Notes: generated by a model not told the origin, from the letters alone. 64,000 nucleotides of DNA from Candidatus Saccharimonadia bacterium (GCA_041906885.1 JAYRII010000012.1:94955-158954), one strand, 5' to 3'. Shown: positions 45,345 through 56,556, counted from the first letter of the stretch. Numbers and translations: made by a program.

Positions 45345-46790
45345 TTAAAGCGCTTGTAAGATTGCTTTAATTCTGACGACCGATTCTGTTATACCCAAGA
45401 CGTGTATCGTTGCAAACAAGCCGGGTGCGGCCGTCTTGCCAGTGATGGCGACTCGAATTGGGTAAAAAAGCTCTCCAGGCTTAACCCCGTTTTCTTTAGC
45501 TTGGTAGCGTAAGCATTGCTCGATCGATTGCTCGTCGTCTGAGCATTTACTCAGGGCAATAGATGCACTTGTGAGTAATTTGGTGATTTCTGATCGACTG
45601 TTTTTCTTACAAACTAGCTCAATTAAGTTCGAATCAACCCTTGGGGCTAGAAAGAAAAATTCTAAAAGCTCCGTAACCTCTCCAAATGCCCTAATCCGAT
45701 CGCGCTCTAAATTGGCCGCTAAGGTGATATATTCCTGGTTATATTTTTTTAAATCAAGGTTGGATTTATTGAGCTCTTTTGCGACATGCTTGAGATATTC
45801 TGACTGACTGATTTTCTCACGAATATAAACACCATTGATCCAGTCAAGCCTTTCCCTATCAAAGATTGCTGGGCTTTTTAAAATTCGATCAATACTAAAT
45901 TTAGCTACAAGCTCACTAATAGAATAAATTTCTTGAGTCGAGCCATCGTTCCAGCCCAAAGAAACTAAAAAATTAATCAATGCTGCTGGTAAATATCCTT
46001 TTGCTCTATAGTCCAATAAGTCGGTATCGCCATCTCGCTTTGAGAGTTTCTTACCGCTAGCACCATTTATGACTGGTAAATGAATCCAATACGGCCTTTC
46101 CCACTTGAGGGCGTCATAGAGCATGACGTGTTTTGGCGTACTGGAAATAAACTCATCACCACGAATGACGTGACTAATCTTCATCAGATGATCATCAACT
46201 ACGTTAGCAAAATTGTAAGTCGGAAATCCGTCAGCCTTAATGATGATAAAGTCATCGATAAAGTCATTATTGATATCAAAATCACCCCTAATCTCGTCAC
46301 GCCACTTGGTAGTGCCGCGACTAACCTTTAGGCGAATTGGTAGGTTATTATTTGGTTTAATAACACTCTTTGGCTCCATGCTCTGGCGGTAAACAAACGG
46401 TTGCTTGGCAGCAATAGCGGCATCGCGCCTAGTTTTGTAATCGGCTGGGTCGATAATGGAATAATATGCCAAGCCTGCTTCGACTAACTTGTTGGCAAAA
46501 TCTTGGTAATGCGGCAGTCTTTCTGATTGGATATAGGGACCAAATTCTCCCTTATGCTGCCCCATCCAAAATCCTTCATCCGGCTTGAGGCCAAGCCAAT
46601 TCAAGCTTTCGATTATCTGAAGGGCGCTCGAGTCGACAAATCTGTCTCTATCGGTATCTTCCAGACGCAAAATGAACTTACCCTGGTAGTGTTTAGCAAA
46701 TAGATAGTTAAATAAGGCTGTCCTAACCCCACCAATGTGCATAAGGCCAGTTGGAGATGGGGCGAAGCGCACTCTTACATTGGATTTCAT
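45345..46790 (-). CDS. gltX: glutamyl-tRNA synthetase
   Basis: HIGG motif (HIGGVRTALFN), KMSKS-like KLSKR. Confidence 0.9.
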   Translation of the reverse strand: MKSNVRVRFAPSPTGLMHIGGVRTALFNYLFAKHYQGKFILRLEDTDRDRFVDSSALQIIESLNWLGLKPDEGFWMGQHKGEFGPYIQSERLPHYQDFANKLVEAGLAYYSIIDPADYKTRRDAAIAAKQPFVYRQSMEPKSVIKPNNNLPIRLKVSRGTTKWRDEIRGDFDINNDFIDDFIIIKADGFPTYNFANVVDDHLMKISHVIRGDEFISSTPKHVMLYDALKWERPYWIHLPVINGASGKKLSKRDGDTDLLDYRAKGYLPAALINFLVSLGWNDGSTQEIYSISELVAKFSIDRILKSPAIFDRERLDWINGVYIREKISQSEYLKHVAKELNKSNLDLKKYNQEYITLAANLERDRIRAFGEVTELLEFFFLAPRVDSNLIELVCKKNSRSEITKLLTSASIALSKCSDDEQSIEQCLRYQAKENGVKPGELFYPIRVAITGKTAAPGLFATIHVLGITESVVRIKAILQAL

Positions 46791-46838
46791 AAAGTCATTA
46801 TACTCGAATTACAGTCTCAACCAACACTCCTTGACAGT

Positions 46839-47168
46839 TTAGAGTATGCCCTCGGGAGCTATCTCCAGCCAATCATTATTGGTTTTTTGATATAGCACAA
46901 CCTTGCTACTCGTTTCTTCTGGGTCGTATATGTTTTCGATACGCTGGGCACCACCTGATCGATGATAGTAAGTTTTTTTGTCGATAATGCGTGGCTTGAT
47001 TGTGCGGGTAAATTTATATTCTTGACCGGACCGTTCAAATACAACTTCGATGATTGTTTCTTCTAAGTTGTGGTTGTCCTCAAGCTTTTGGACGTGCCGG
47101 CGGTGTGACGAGATGCCATATTTTTGGTCGATTACATCAAGTAGTTCTTCCCATGCTCGATCGCTCAT
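46839..47168 (-). CDS. hypothetical protein
   Basis: 109-aa ORF, start overlaps upstream gene stop. Confidence 0.4.
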   Translation of the reverse strand: MSDRAWEELLDVIDQKYGISSHRRHVQKLEDNHNLEETIIEVVFERSGQEYKFTRTIKPRIIDKKTYYHRSGGAQRIENIYDPEETSSKVVLYQKTNNDWLEIAPEGIL

Positions 47169-49447
47169 AAGCTGGTTGCAATTTTAATGATTTGGTCTTG
47201 TGAGAGACCGTGATCTTGACCCTCAATACGATACCAATTGCCACGGTTAATCCAGCTTGCTTGATTGTTGCCGTAAACATAAATAGTCAACCCCTGAGCT
47301 TGTAAGGCTAAATAATTTGGTGATTTTGAAGCTATATAGTTTTCCGCCAATGCTTGCGAGTCCCAGTCAGTTTTTGATTCTGTAATTGCCACCTGACGCT
47401 TATTTCCATCAGATTGTAAATCATAACTGACGACCCCGGGTGAAGTTTTAATATTATTACTTAATTTCCAACCGCTCGGGATGTATCCTGGTGAACTAGC
47501 ACTAATGCCCGCCTTGCTAGCCGCTACTTTAAAAGCTAAATTTGGATAATTAATTTGCCAGATATAAGCACCGACTAAAAATAAGCCGACAATACTTAGG
47601 CCCATCGTGCTAGCAGAAAAGCTATGACCAACTTTTGGCTTAGGTAAATTTGCCTCCTCAGCGACCTTTTTATGAACTAGTTTTAAGGCTTCCTCTTCGG
47701 TAAGCGGCCTATCTTCTGTCTCGGCCTCTGCAGGCTTAACCTTCATCACAGGATAATCTATCGCGTGACTTGGATGAAATGACACACCTGGCGTGATACC
47801 ATCTGGTGATGGCGGCAAAGTAGTAATTGTATTTTGGCTGTAGACCTTCTCAGCTCTATTGGCTACGTTGGATGTTGTTTGAGCTGAAGTACTTGGCTTT
47901 GTAACAGCTGCAGTATCAATTGGCTTAAATGCCTTTGGTCTAGTTGCAGCTTCGCTATTGGCATTAATCGGTTCAGTTGTCTTAACAGATGACTGCGGAG
48001 CTTGTGTTACAGAATCAACATTTGAGTTCGATGCTGAGACAGTTGGGCTAGTCCTTGCTAGCTCGTTAAATTCATTATCGCTAATGACAGATTCATCCTT
48101 AGTGTCAAGTGAGATAATTTCACTACCTATGTGCTCAGTATTATCGTTATCCTCCGTCGTAGCAACGGTAGCAGCAGATATGGCCGGTTGGCTTTCTGCA
48201 GTATCATCTTGTGGCTGAATAGATGGCTGCTGAGAGGTAACTGTAGAACGGCTTGGGTCGCTAACACTACCGACAAGGTTTGTTAGTTGATCAAGGGTGT
48301 TTTGATTGAGTTGACCAAGATTGGTCTTTGGTACTGCAGTTGAGGCTGAGTCCTCACTGGCCTGCTCGATTACTGCTGTATTATCACCAGTCGCAACATT
48401 TATTGGTCCATTTTGTTGAATTGGAATTGTATTTGCCAGCTCCGAGAAAGTTTGCGATTTTTGAATATTATTAGGCCCAAGTTGGGTACCCACATTAGGC
48501 TTAGGAGGTGGTAGCGGTGGTGGCGCAATAGTGGCTCTAGTTGTCTGGTTAGCGACATTAGCTGGTTGCGGTATATTAGCTTGACTGATTGTCTGCGGTT
48601 GGAATTTATTTATTACTGCAGATCTCGGCACTGTAGCGGCACTTATGTACTTTTGTTCTCGGTTCCTGGTAATAACTTGTGGGCTATTATTAGTCTGCGC
48701 CACACTAGGCTTATTAGAAGCTAAGCTCGACATGCGATCAGACAGAACTTTAGTCGGGCTGGTTTGTTTTACGGGCTGTCTTGATGTAATTACTTGATCG
48801 ATGACCTCTGCAATGCGTTCACTTGGTATTGGAGAAAAATTTGAAATCTCAGCGTTTTCGCTTAGCATTCTTGTATCAATTTGCATCGGGTTGGCTTGAG
48901 AGCTTTGTTGATTAGCAATACCAATATTGAGTGCAAATTCTTGTGATCCGTCCTTAATGTCTCCAATTGGCGAGTGGGGAATAATCGGTTTGATTAGATC
49001 TTCACTCGCGATGATATTTCTTGACTCCTGTGGGACGGTAGCCAAATTTTGAGCTATCTCTTTGACAATTGATTCATTTTGATGATTTGCTCTAGAAATT
49101 AATTCGCCCGATTGCTTACTGGCTTTTAGTCTGTCTTCGATATTGTCAATCTTCTTGGCTACGATGGGAGTAGCTTTTGGCGTTGATATGCTCGTCTTAC
49201 TAATAGTGGGTAAAATCGTTTTTTGGACGACCGGAGGAGCTGGTTTGGCTTGTGGCTGAGTTGGTGCTGGTGGATTGGGTAATTTTTGAGCAGTACTTAA
49301 AGCGGGAGTAGCTTTTTGAGCATCTCCACTGGCGACTTTGTCGCCTGTCGCATTGCTTGGTTGCCATGGTGTGCCACAATTAGCACAAAAAACCCTGCCA
49401 GCAATTACGATCTTGTCTTTATCTTCGCAATCAGGACAATTTACCAT
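47165..49447 (-). CDS. hypothetical protein: N-terminal zinc ribbon, ~550-aa P/S/T/Q-rich disordered region, TM helix, C-terminal extracytoplasmic domain
   Basis: CPDC...CANCG; low complexity; GLSIVGLFLVGAYIW TM. Confidence 0.5.
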   Translation of the reverse strand: MVNCPDCEDKDKIVIAGRVFCANCGTPWQPSNATGDKVASGDAQKATPALSTAQKLPNPPAPTQPQAKPAPPVVQKTILPTISKTSISTPKATPIVAKKIDNIEDRLKASKQSGELISRANHQNESIVKEIAQNLATVPQESRNIIASEDLIKPIIPHSPIGDIKDGSQEFALNIGIANQQSSQANPMQIDTRMLSENAEISNFSPIPSERIAEVIDQVITSRQPVKQTSPTKVLSDRMSSLASNKPSVAQTNNSPQVITRNREQKYISAATVPRSAVINKFQPQTISQANIPQPANVANQTTRATIAPPPLPPPKPNVGTQLGPNNIQKSQTFSELANTIPIQQNGPINVATGDNTAVIEQASEDSASTAVPKTNLGQLNQNTLDQLTNLVGSVSDPSRSTVTSQQPSIQPQDDTAESQPAISAATVATTEDNDNTEHIGSEIISLDTKDESVISDNEFNELARTSPTVSASNSNVDSVTQAPQSSVKTTEPINANSEAATRPKAFKPIDTAAVTKPSTSAQTTSNVANRAEKVYSQNTITTLPPSPDGITPGVSFHPSHAIDYPVMKVKPAEAETEDRPLTEEEALKLVHKKVAEEANLPKPKVGHSFSASTMGLSIVGLFLVGAYIWQINYPNLAFKVAASKAGISASSPGYIPSGWKLSNNIKTSPGVVSYDLQSDGNKRQVAITESKTDWDSQALAENYIASKSPNYLALQAQGLTIYVYGNNQASWINRGNWYRIEGQDHGLSQDQIIKIATSL

Positions 49448-49504
49448 ATTATTTACACTTATGCCTATACTAGATTATAGAAGTAATTATCATAAGCGTA
49501 AAGA

Positions 49505-50347
49505 TTATTTTTGTCGTTTAGTAGAGAAATAGACTAGCCAGACGAAATATGGCACGCTGAGCATTCTGATGATGCGCTTTGGCTGCATGAATAGGCGCCA
49601 CAGCCACTCTAGACCAATTTTACGCATAGCCTGCGGGGCTCGTTTAATACGACCTCCCAGCTGATCATAATCAAAGCTGCCACCTTCACCTATTAGCACA
49701 CGAGCCAAGTCTGTTTCCAGGTATTTACAGATAAACTTTTCTTGTAGTGGAAATCCTCGTGCCACCAAGAGAATGTCTAGATTGTATGATTTGATATCGT
49801 CGATCATGACTCTCTCGAGGGAGTCATCAAAATACCCAGGCCAAACTCGAACTAGGTTCAAAGTCGGGAAGATTTTTTTTAGATTATTTTTGACGCTAGC
49901 CGTATTACTGTCCTTCCCTGTCATTATTCCAATACTCCAGTCATGTTTTTGAGCGACTTGCAATAATTTACTTGTTGCATCGACTCCCGCTCCCCGTTCT
50001 TTTATGATTTGTTGTCGCCACTGTGGCTTTTGAATATAAACAAATAAACTTTTAATCAGCTTCCATATAGTTGGTTTAGTGCTCGGCCTCCCATATAAAA
50101 AGCTAGCCGCCCACTGCAAAGACACGCCATCGGCCAAGCATAGTTCAGCTTGATTGAGTATATTTTTAATGTTTTTATCATGACTAGCTTTGGTCATAAA
50201 CTCCACATAAGGCTTGACGATATAAATGCTAGTAGTACGCTTTTGAGATAAAAACCCTTCGATATACTGAATTGATTCATCGGGCGAGAGACAGTCGATC
50301 TCAACACCGAGTATAGTTGCCTTGTCGAATTTAGTTTGCTTTGACAT
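49505..50347 (-). CDS. WecB/TagA/CpsF-family (GT26) glycosyltransferase
   Basis: family-typical N-terminal ILGVEIDCLS and overall length; start set at internal Met (track ORF to 50407). Confidence 0.75.
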   Translation of the reverse strand: MSKQTKFDKATILGVEIDCLSPDESIQYIEGFLSQKRTTSIYIVKPYVEFMTKASHDKNIKNILNQAELCLADGVSLQWAASFLYGRPSTKPTIWKLIKSLFVYIQKPQWRQQIIKERGAGVDATSKLLQVAQKHDWSIGIMTGKDSNTASVKNNLKKIFPTLNLVRVWPGYFDDSLERVMIDDIKSYNLDILLVARGFPLQEKFICKYLETDLARVLIGEGGSFDYDQLGGRIKRAPQAMRKIGLEWLWRLFMQPKRIIRMLSVPYFVWLVYFSTKRQK

Positions 50348-51467
50348 CGGCTTCCATAAGTTTATCCACTTGAGACTTGATCTTACTAGTAAAGATTTTT
50401 CGATCAAACTTCTTGGCTTGCGCTACTAATAACTTATTATCGAAGGATGTTTTTTCAGCCTGCGCAATAGCGCGGTTCAATGACTCAACCGTTTGCTCTT
50501 TAAAAAGCACACCGGTCTTCCTATCGATAACTGTTTCACAAACGCCACCTTGAGACAAGGCTATCACTGGTGTACCAGCAGACATGGCTTCAACTGGCGT
50601 GATACCAAAATCTTCAATTCCAGGAAAAATGAATCCTCTTGCTTGTTCAAGTAAAATACCCCTTTTAAAATCGTTGATTCGACCTAAAAAAGTAATATTA
50701 CTTTGTCCAGCTGCAAGATTCTGTAAGCGTGCTGCATCAGGACCGTCTCCGGCAATTATGAGCTTCTTGCCGCTGGCAATAAAAGCTTTGATTGCCAGAT
50801 CAATATTTTTGTATCGACTCAAAACTGACAAGATCAAATAGTAGCTCTGTTTGGTATGCTTGTATTGCGAACTAAATAATTCTGTCTTGACTGGTGGATA
50901 AATCACAACCGACTCTCGATTATAAAATTTATTGATTCTTCCCGCTACAAATTTGCTATTGGCCACGAACTGGTCTACACCTTCTGAGCCGTAATAATCC
51001 CACACCCTCAAGCTTGAAGCTATCTTGTAAATAAAATACCGGCTAATTGGTCCAAGCTTGAAGGATTTGATTTTAATATCATTCAAATAAGCCGGCCAAC
51101 TATCCCAAAGCATCCTAGCTGGACTATGGCAATAGCATAAATGCTTTGTTTTCTTGTCTAGACTGATGTTTTTAACCCAAGCCGTTGAGCTAGATATGAC
51201 CAAATCATAGCTGCTAAAATTCATGTCTTTGACGGCGTCCTTGATAAATGGTAAGAACAATTGCGGGCTAAACTTCATAAAATTTGGGAATTTTTGTAGT
51301 TTACTTGTTTTGATTGGCCGTCCAGATAGAAAGCTGCCGAATTTTGAATAGTCGCAGACTAGTGCATAGAGATCTGCTTCTGGATAAAGCCTGGCTAGCT
51401 CAAAGAAAACTGACTCTGCCCCACCAATTTTAGTGTTGAGCCAGTCATGTACGATAGCGACTCTCAT
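50331..51467 (-). CDS. GT4-family glycosyltransferase
   Basis: E-X7-E motif region (GIEDFGITPVEAMSAG). Confidence 0.8.
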   Translation of the reverse strand: MRVAIVHDWLNTKIGGAESVFFELARLYPEADLYALVCDYSKFGSFLSGRPIKTSKLQKFPNFMKFSPQLFLPFIKDAVKDMNFSSYDLVISSSTAWVKNISLDKKTKHLCYCHSPARMLWDSWPAYLNDIKIKSFKLGPISRYFIYKIASSLRVWDYYGSEGVDQFVANSKFVAGRINKFYNRESVVIYPPVKTELFSSQYKHTKQSYYLILSVLSRYKNIDLAIKAFIASGKKLIIAGDGPDAARLQNLAAGQSNITFLGRINDFKRGILLEQARGFIFPGIEDFGITPVEAMSAGTPVIALSQGGVCETVIDRKTGVLFKEQTVESLNRAIAQAEKTSFDNKLLVAQAKKFDRKIFTSKIKSQVDKLMEADVKAN

Positions 51468-52753
51468 TGTCTTCTCCCATGTTGCACTCCAAGTAAAGCC
51501 AGCAGTGTGATCGCTAGAGTACTATCACTAAAGCTATGTAAAAACATGTTAGTACCAGCCAGACCAATGATACTGGCAAATAACCCTATACTAGCCAAGT
51601 TCTTACTGTCTAAGCTGTCTTTAAAGAGCGAGAAGGCATTGATCACAAAAAATGCGATGAACAATATTAGGCCAATTAGACCTAATTCGATGGCGATTTG
51701 AAGATACCAATTTTCTGTAATGAGAGATTTAAGTGAATGATAGCTGGCTGGTCCGGCTGTGCCCAAGCCCTTGCCCAGTGGGTTTTTTAGAGCGTCTTCT
51801 AGTCCGGCTTTCAGGGAGGATAATCTGATCTGATCAGAACCCTTTAATGAGTTATTGGTGCAGCTGCCATGCAATAAGTAGTATTGAATGGTATTGCTTG
51901 GATCGCAGAAATTACGCGATACGATCAGTAGCAAACCAAGGCCGGTAACAATGCCGAGGCCGATCAGTATCTTCACCCTACTCTTCTTCGAAACACTAAC
52001 TATTATGGTAGTTAATATCGCCAAAGCTGCTCCGATCCAAGCACTTCTGGAATAGGTCAAATATAGTCCGGTGAGCAGACTCAAAAGTATGATTAACTTT
52101 TTGCCATCAAATTTTTTGACTAAATTCGCCGTCACTAAGGTAATTGGTAAAATCAGATAAGCCCCTAATTGGTTGGGGCCGCCGAGCGTTGAAAATGCTC
52201 TTATGACCATGGTCGTGGAGTCAACGTACTGGCCAGGTATTATTGTTGAGCTGCCATAGCCAAGCTTGGTTAGAAAATCTGGCGGTATGGCCAGAGCTTG
52301 TAAGATAGCCAAGACAGAAACAATAAAAGCCGGCCAGACGATTAGATTGTAGACTTTAAACTCATCGAATCTAGAGGCAACAATTTGGGCTAATAGAAAG
52401 ATCACAAGTGGCATTAGGTCGGTTTTAATACCGAAGATTAAAGCCGACAAACTACCGAACCTAACCAGACTAACGACTAAAGCCAAAATAAAGATCGCGA
52501 TCACCAACTTGTTGAGTTGATCAAGCTTGAGACGTGCTTCTTTTTTGTTGAACAAATATACAGCAGCAATGGCGGCTAAGGCAACTGTTAATATTTCCTT
52601 CCAAGCTTGAAGACGATGGCCCAAATGCAATAAATTACCGAAGTATATTGTCAAAAAAGCATGGAAAGGCATGGCAATAATTAGCGTCACAATTCCAGCG
52701 TATAAAATCTGCTCTAGATTTACTTTGATCAGTTTATTCTTTTCTGCCTTCAT
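51464..52753 (-). CDS. O-antigen ligase/Wzy-like polytopic membrane protein
   Basis: ~11 TM helices with large loop; location in glycosyltransferase cluster. Confidence 0.55.
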   Translation of the reverse strand: MKAEKNKLIKVNLEQILYAGIVTLIIAMPFHAFLTIYFGNLLHLGHRLQAWKEILTVALAAIAAVYLFNKKEARLKLDQLNKLVIAIFILALVVSLVRFGSLSALIFGIKTDLMPLVIFLLAQIVASRFDEFKVYNLIVWPAFIVSVLAILQALAIPPDFLTKLGYGSSTIIPGQYVDSTTMVIRAFSTLGGPNQLGAYLILPITLVTANLVKKFDGKKLIILLSLLTGLYLTYSRSAWIGAALAILTTIIVSVSKKSRVKILIGLGIVTGLGLLLIVSRNFCDPSNTIQYYLLHGSCTNNSLKGSDQIRLSSLKAGLEDALKNPLGKGLGTAGPASYHSLKSLITENWYLQIAIELGLIGLILFIAFFVINAFSLFKDSLDSKNLASIGLFASIIGLAGTNMFLHSFSDSTLAITLLALLGVQHGRRQ

Positions 52754-53757
52754 CGGTTTGAGATTACGCTTCTCATGTACTCATCCAAATTCTCTAAAGC
52801 AATGCCAGTTCCTTTGGCGACACAAAGTAGAGGTTCTTCAGCCACATAAGCGGGTACGCCGGTTACCTTTGTCATTAGCTTATCGATATTGCGTAACAAG
52901 CTTCCCCCGCCCGTCATGACCATGCCTCGATCAATAATATCGCTTGAAAGTTCGGGAGGGGTTTGTTCTAAGACTACTTTGACGGCCATAATGATTTCAT
53001 CGAGTCGATCACCGATCGCCTCAGTCACCTCTGTCGAGTCGAGATTGACAGTCTTTGGTAGTCCAGCAATCATATCACGACCTCTGATCTGCATGCGCAT
53101 CGGTTTATCTAGGGGCATAGCAGAGCCAATTTGTTTTTTAATGTCTTCAGCTGTTTTATCACCGATAACTAGGCCATATTTTTTCCTAATATAGTCACTA
53201 ATAGCTTGATCGATCTTATTGCCGCCAATTCTAACGCTATTCTGGGCGACAATACCACCCAATGAGATAATTGCCACTTCGGTCGTTCCACCGCCGATAT
53301 CAACTACTAAATTGCCTGCTGGAGCTGCAATTGGCACATTTGCACCAATTGCTGCTGCTAGTGGTTCTCTGATAATATGAGCTTTCTTTGCCCCGGCTGC
53401 TAAAGCAGCATCAATCACAGCTCGTCTCTCGGTCGATGTTACGCCGGCTGGGATACTTATCATCAGCTCAGGACGACTCAATCTGAAGCGGCCGGAGACT
53501 TTGTTGATATAGTGTTTGAGCATAGCCTGTGTAATTCTGTAGTCAGCAATCACGCCATCACGCAAGGGTCGATTAGCTGTAATGATATCAGGTGTACGCC
53601 CAAGCATTTCCTTGGCTTCATTGCCGATTGCAACAATTCGATTGTCATCGACACTAACTGCCACTACGCTAGGTTCATTGGCCACAATACCCTTTTTAGG
53701 TAAATAGACTAGAATGTGGGCGGTGCCTAAATCAATCGCTATTCGCTTTTTAATCAT
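52750..53757 (-). CDS. mreB: rod shape-determining protein MreB
   Basis: actin-fold N-terminus IAIDLGTAHILVY, DIGGGTTE phosphate-2 motif. Confidence 0.9.
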   Translation of the reverse strand: MIKKRIAIDLGTAHILVYLPKKGIVANEPSVVAVSVDDNRIVAIGNEAKEMLGRTPDIITANRPLRDGVIADYRITQAMLKHYINKVSGRFRLSRPELMISIPAGVTSTERRAVIDAALAAGAKKAHIIREPLAAAIGANVPIAAPAGNLVVDIGGGTTEVAIISLGGIVAQNSVRIGGNKIDQAISDYIRKKYGLVIGDKTAEDIKKQIGSAMPLDKPMRMQIRGRDMIAGLPKTVNLDSTEVTEAIGDRLDEIIMAVKVVLEQTPPELSSDIIDRGMVMTGGGSLLRNIDKLMTKVTGVPAYVAEEPLLCVAKGTGIALENLDEYMRSVISNR

Positions 53758-53806
53758 AATCTATATAATATCAATTAACACCTTAAATTACCATCCTAAG
53801 CTAGGT

Positions 53807-55072
53807 TTAAATAGCTGATGTTTGTCGATGCATATCGGCACCTAGTAGACGTAACCGAGCATCAAAGTTTTCATATCCGCGGTCAATATGCTCGACTCGA
53901 TCAATCACTGTGCGTCCTTCAGCCACCATAGCAGCAATTAAAATTGTGGCTCCAGCTCTGATATCAAAACTAATTAGCTCGGTACCAAAGAGTGGTGTAG
54001 GGCCAGAGATAGTGCCAGTGTGCGTATCTTTAATCGCGACATTTGCACCCATACGCTGAAGCTCATAAAGGTATTGCAACCTACCTTCGTAGAGTGTTTC
54101 AAAAATTTCTGAAGTACCAACAGCTTGGGTTAAAAGCACGGCTAATGGCGCCTGCAGATCACTAGGAAAATTTGGATACGGCTGCACTTTGATCGTAGTA
54201 GCCTTAAGCGGTTGTCGGCGTGGTTTGATATGCAAGGTATGATCATTGACCACCTTGAAATTAACACCAATCTGGGCAAATTTTATCAAAAGAGCATCAT
54301 GGTCGTTGATGACAAAGTCATCGATCAGCACATCGCCATTGGTAGCTGCAGCGGCAATGGCCAGTGTCCCGGCCTCAAGCTGATCTGGTGCAATTGACCA
54401 TTCGCCGCCATGCAACTTCTTGACCCCTTTGATTTCTAAGACATGACTACCAATACCGGATATTTTGGCACCAAGATGATTTAAGAAATTACATAGATCT
54501 ACTATATGCGGTTCGGTTGCGGCCATTCGTAATTCGGTCACGCCATCGGTCAGCACCGAGGCCATGATGATATTCTCAGTTGCTGTAACCGATAAATCGT
54601 CCAGGATTACTCGACCTGGCTTAGGCGTTCCAGATAGTGATACTAGGCCATCCTTGTAGACAACTTTTACACCTAAAGCCTCAAAGGCATGGAGGTGAGT
54701 GTCGAGCGGTCGCGCACCAATGATATCACCTCCGGGTTCGGCAATCTTTATCTTGTGTAGTCGAGCAATTGCCGCCCCCATAATCAGTACAGAGGCTCGC
54801 ATACGCGCTGTTAGACTACGCTCTACGGTTGTGGCACTAATATGGCGGGCCGTGATATTTAATATGCCGTTTCCATAAGCAACATCAGCCCCCAACTGGC
54901 GCAATATATCAGTCATGACCCAGACATCGGAAATATCAGGGATATTTTTTAGGTAAACCGGCTTTTCACTTAAGAGACAAGCTGCGATAATAGGTAGAGT
55001 GGCATTTTTACTACCAGCCACTTTGATTTGACCATTAAGTTGACTAGGCCCGTCTATGATTAATTTTGCCAT
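53807..55072 (-). CDS. murA: UDP-N-acetylglucosamine 1-carboxyvinyltransferase
   Basis: length 421 aa, GSKNATLP motif region, catalytic Cys loop. Confidence 0.9.
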   Translation of the reverse strand: MAKLIIDGPSQLNGQIKVAGSKNATLPIIAACLLSEKPVYLKNIPDISDVWVMTDILRQLGADVAYGNGILNITARHISATTVERSLTARMRASVLIMGAAIARLHKIKIAEPGGDIIGARPLDTHLHAFEALGVKVVYKDGLVSLSGTPKPGRVILDDLSVTATENIIMASVLTDGVTELRMAATEPHIVDLCNFLNHLGAKISGIGSHVLEIKGVKKLHGGEWSIAPDQLEAGTLAIAAAATNGDVLIDDFVINDHDALLIKFAQIGVNFKVVNDHTLHIKPRRQPLKATTIKVQPYPNFPSDLQAPLAVLLTQAVGTSEIFETLYEGRLQYLYELQRMGANVAIKDTHTGTISGPTPLFGTELISFDIRAGATILIAAMVAEGRTVIDRVEHIDRGYENFDARLRLLGADMHRQTSAI

Positions 55073-55157
55073 TGACTAGGTATAAATAATATGAGATTAG
55101 AGCACTTATTAACAAACATTACGGTAACCATTATAATCTAATAAAGCATTTGATACT

Positions 55158-56555
55158 ATGATTTCCAAACAAACTCGAACTGCAATTTTCTACATCGCTA
55201 GTATCTTGATTATTGTCATTGGTACGATCATTTTAGTCGCACTAGCTCGAGGCTATAGTTATGATTTCTTTAATGGTCAGATTAAAGAAAATGGCCTTGT
55301 GATAGTTAACTCAATACCTTCTGGGGCTTCGATCAGCTTTAATGGCAATGTTACTAAATATAAAACTCCTTACAGATTGGTTAACGCCGAGCCGGGCAGC
55401 CTGACTGTTAGCTTAAAAAAGGCTGAATTTCGAGATTGGCAGAAAAAGCTAATTGTCCAAGCTCAAGAAGTAAGCTTTGCTGACCGGGCTCTTCTAATAC
55501 CACAGACGATATTCTACGAAAACCTATATGGCTCATTTCGAGTCGCAGCCAGTTTGCAATCTAATGACAACCGAAAAGTAGTTTTTGTAACCGATAAGCC
55601 TACCCTATCAATCTGGATGTCGGAAGGCGAAAAAGCTCCAGTTAAAATTTACCAGGTGCCAACGCCTGATAAACCCGAAGAGACAATCACTTCGATTAGT
55701 GATCTGCAGCTCTCACCAAATAATGGTAGCCAATTACTTTTTAAAGTCACTAGTCAGGCCAGGAGTAATTATTTAACTCTCCCTACTATTGAGAATCAAA
55801 TACCAATAAATATCAACAATACATTTGGTATTAATAGTGGTAATCTGACGTTTAACCCGACAAATAACCACGAATTCTATTGGCTTGACAGTGGCCTGGT
55901 CAGAAAGATAAATCTCGATTCAAAGAATACTGGTGATATATTGGTCGACAATATTATTTATATCAAGGTGGATAGCGATCGAATATTCTATATATCAGCC
56001 GCCACTCCTAATAATTTAAGTCGTGAGTTATGGGGAATGGATCTTAATGGAGTACGAAAAATCAAAATTCTTAACTCGGTTGTCGATAGCCCGGATTACC
56101 AGATTGATTATACGCGCGTCAATCAAAAAGACTATCTTGTGCTGCTAGCCTCAAAGGATAAAACGGCCACGCTATATAGTGATATCTATAATCAGCTACA
56201 AAGTAGTGTACTGAGCAAAGACGCAGTTGGATTCACTTTTTCACCCAATGGGACTTACTTAGTGGTTAATAACAACAACTCAACAAAATCTTTCGATCTT
56301 GATCTGGTCAAACACTATAACTTCAAAACGGATCTAGCCGGCTTGTCGGATTGGCGTTGGCTTGATGACTATCACTTACTAATTATTACAAATGGTAAGC
56401 TCAGAATAATGGATTTTGATGGTCAGAATGATCAGTTAATTTCTGCATCCGGTGATATCGTATCGAATGTTTTGCCCAACAATGACATTAAGTCAATTAA
56501 CTATGTATCATCTGGACAAGTTAAAAAACTTCATTTAACTTTAATGAAAAAGTAA
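55158..56555 (+). CDS. PEGA-domain membrane-anchored protein with C-terminal beta-rich domain
   Basis: N-terminal TM; VIVNSIPSGASISFNG...KTPY PEGA-like segment. Confidence 0.45.
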   Translation: MISKQTRTAIFYIASILIIVIGTIILVALARGYSYDFFNGQIKENGLVIVNSIPSGASISFNGNVTKYKTPYRLVNAEPGSLTVSLKKAEFRDWQKKLIVQAQEVSFADRALLIPQTIFYENLYGSFRVAASLQSNDNRKVVFVTDKPTLSIWMSEGEKAPVKIYQVPTPDKPEETITSISDLQLSPNNGSQLLFKVTSQARSNYLTLPTIENQIPININNTFGINSGNLTFNPTNNHEFYWLDSGLVRKINLDSKNTGDILVDNIIYIKVDSDRIFYISAATPNNLSRELWGMDLNGVRKIKILNSVVDSPDYQIDYTRVNQKDYLVLLASKDKTATLYSDIYNQLQSSVLSKDAVGFTFSPNGTYLVVNNNNSTKSFDLDLVKHYNFKTDLAGLSDWRWLDDYHLLIITNGKLRIMDFDGQNDQLISASGDIVSNVLPNNDIKSINYVSSGQVKKLHLTLMKK

Positions 56556-56556
56556 T

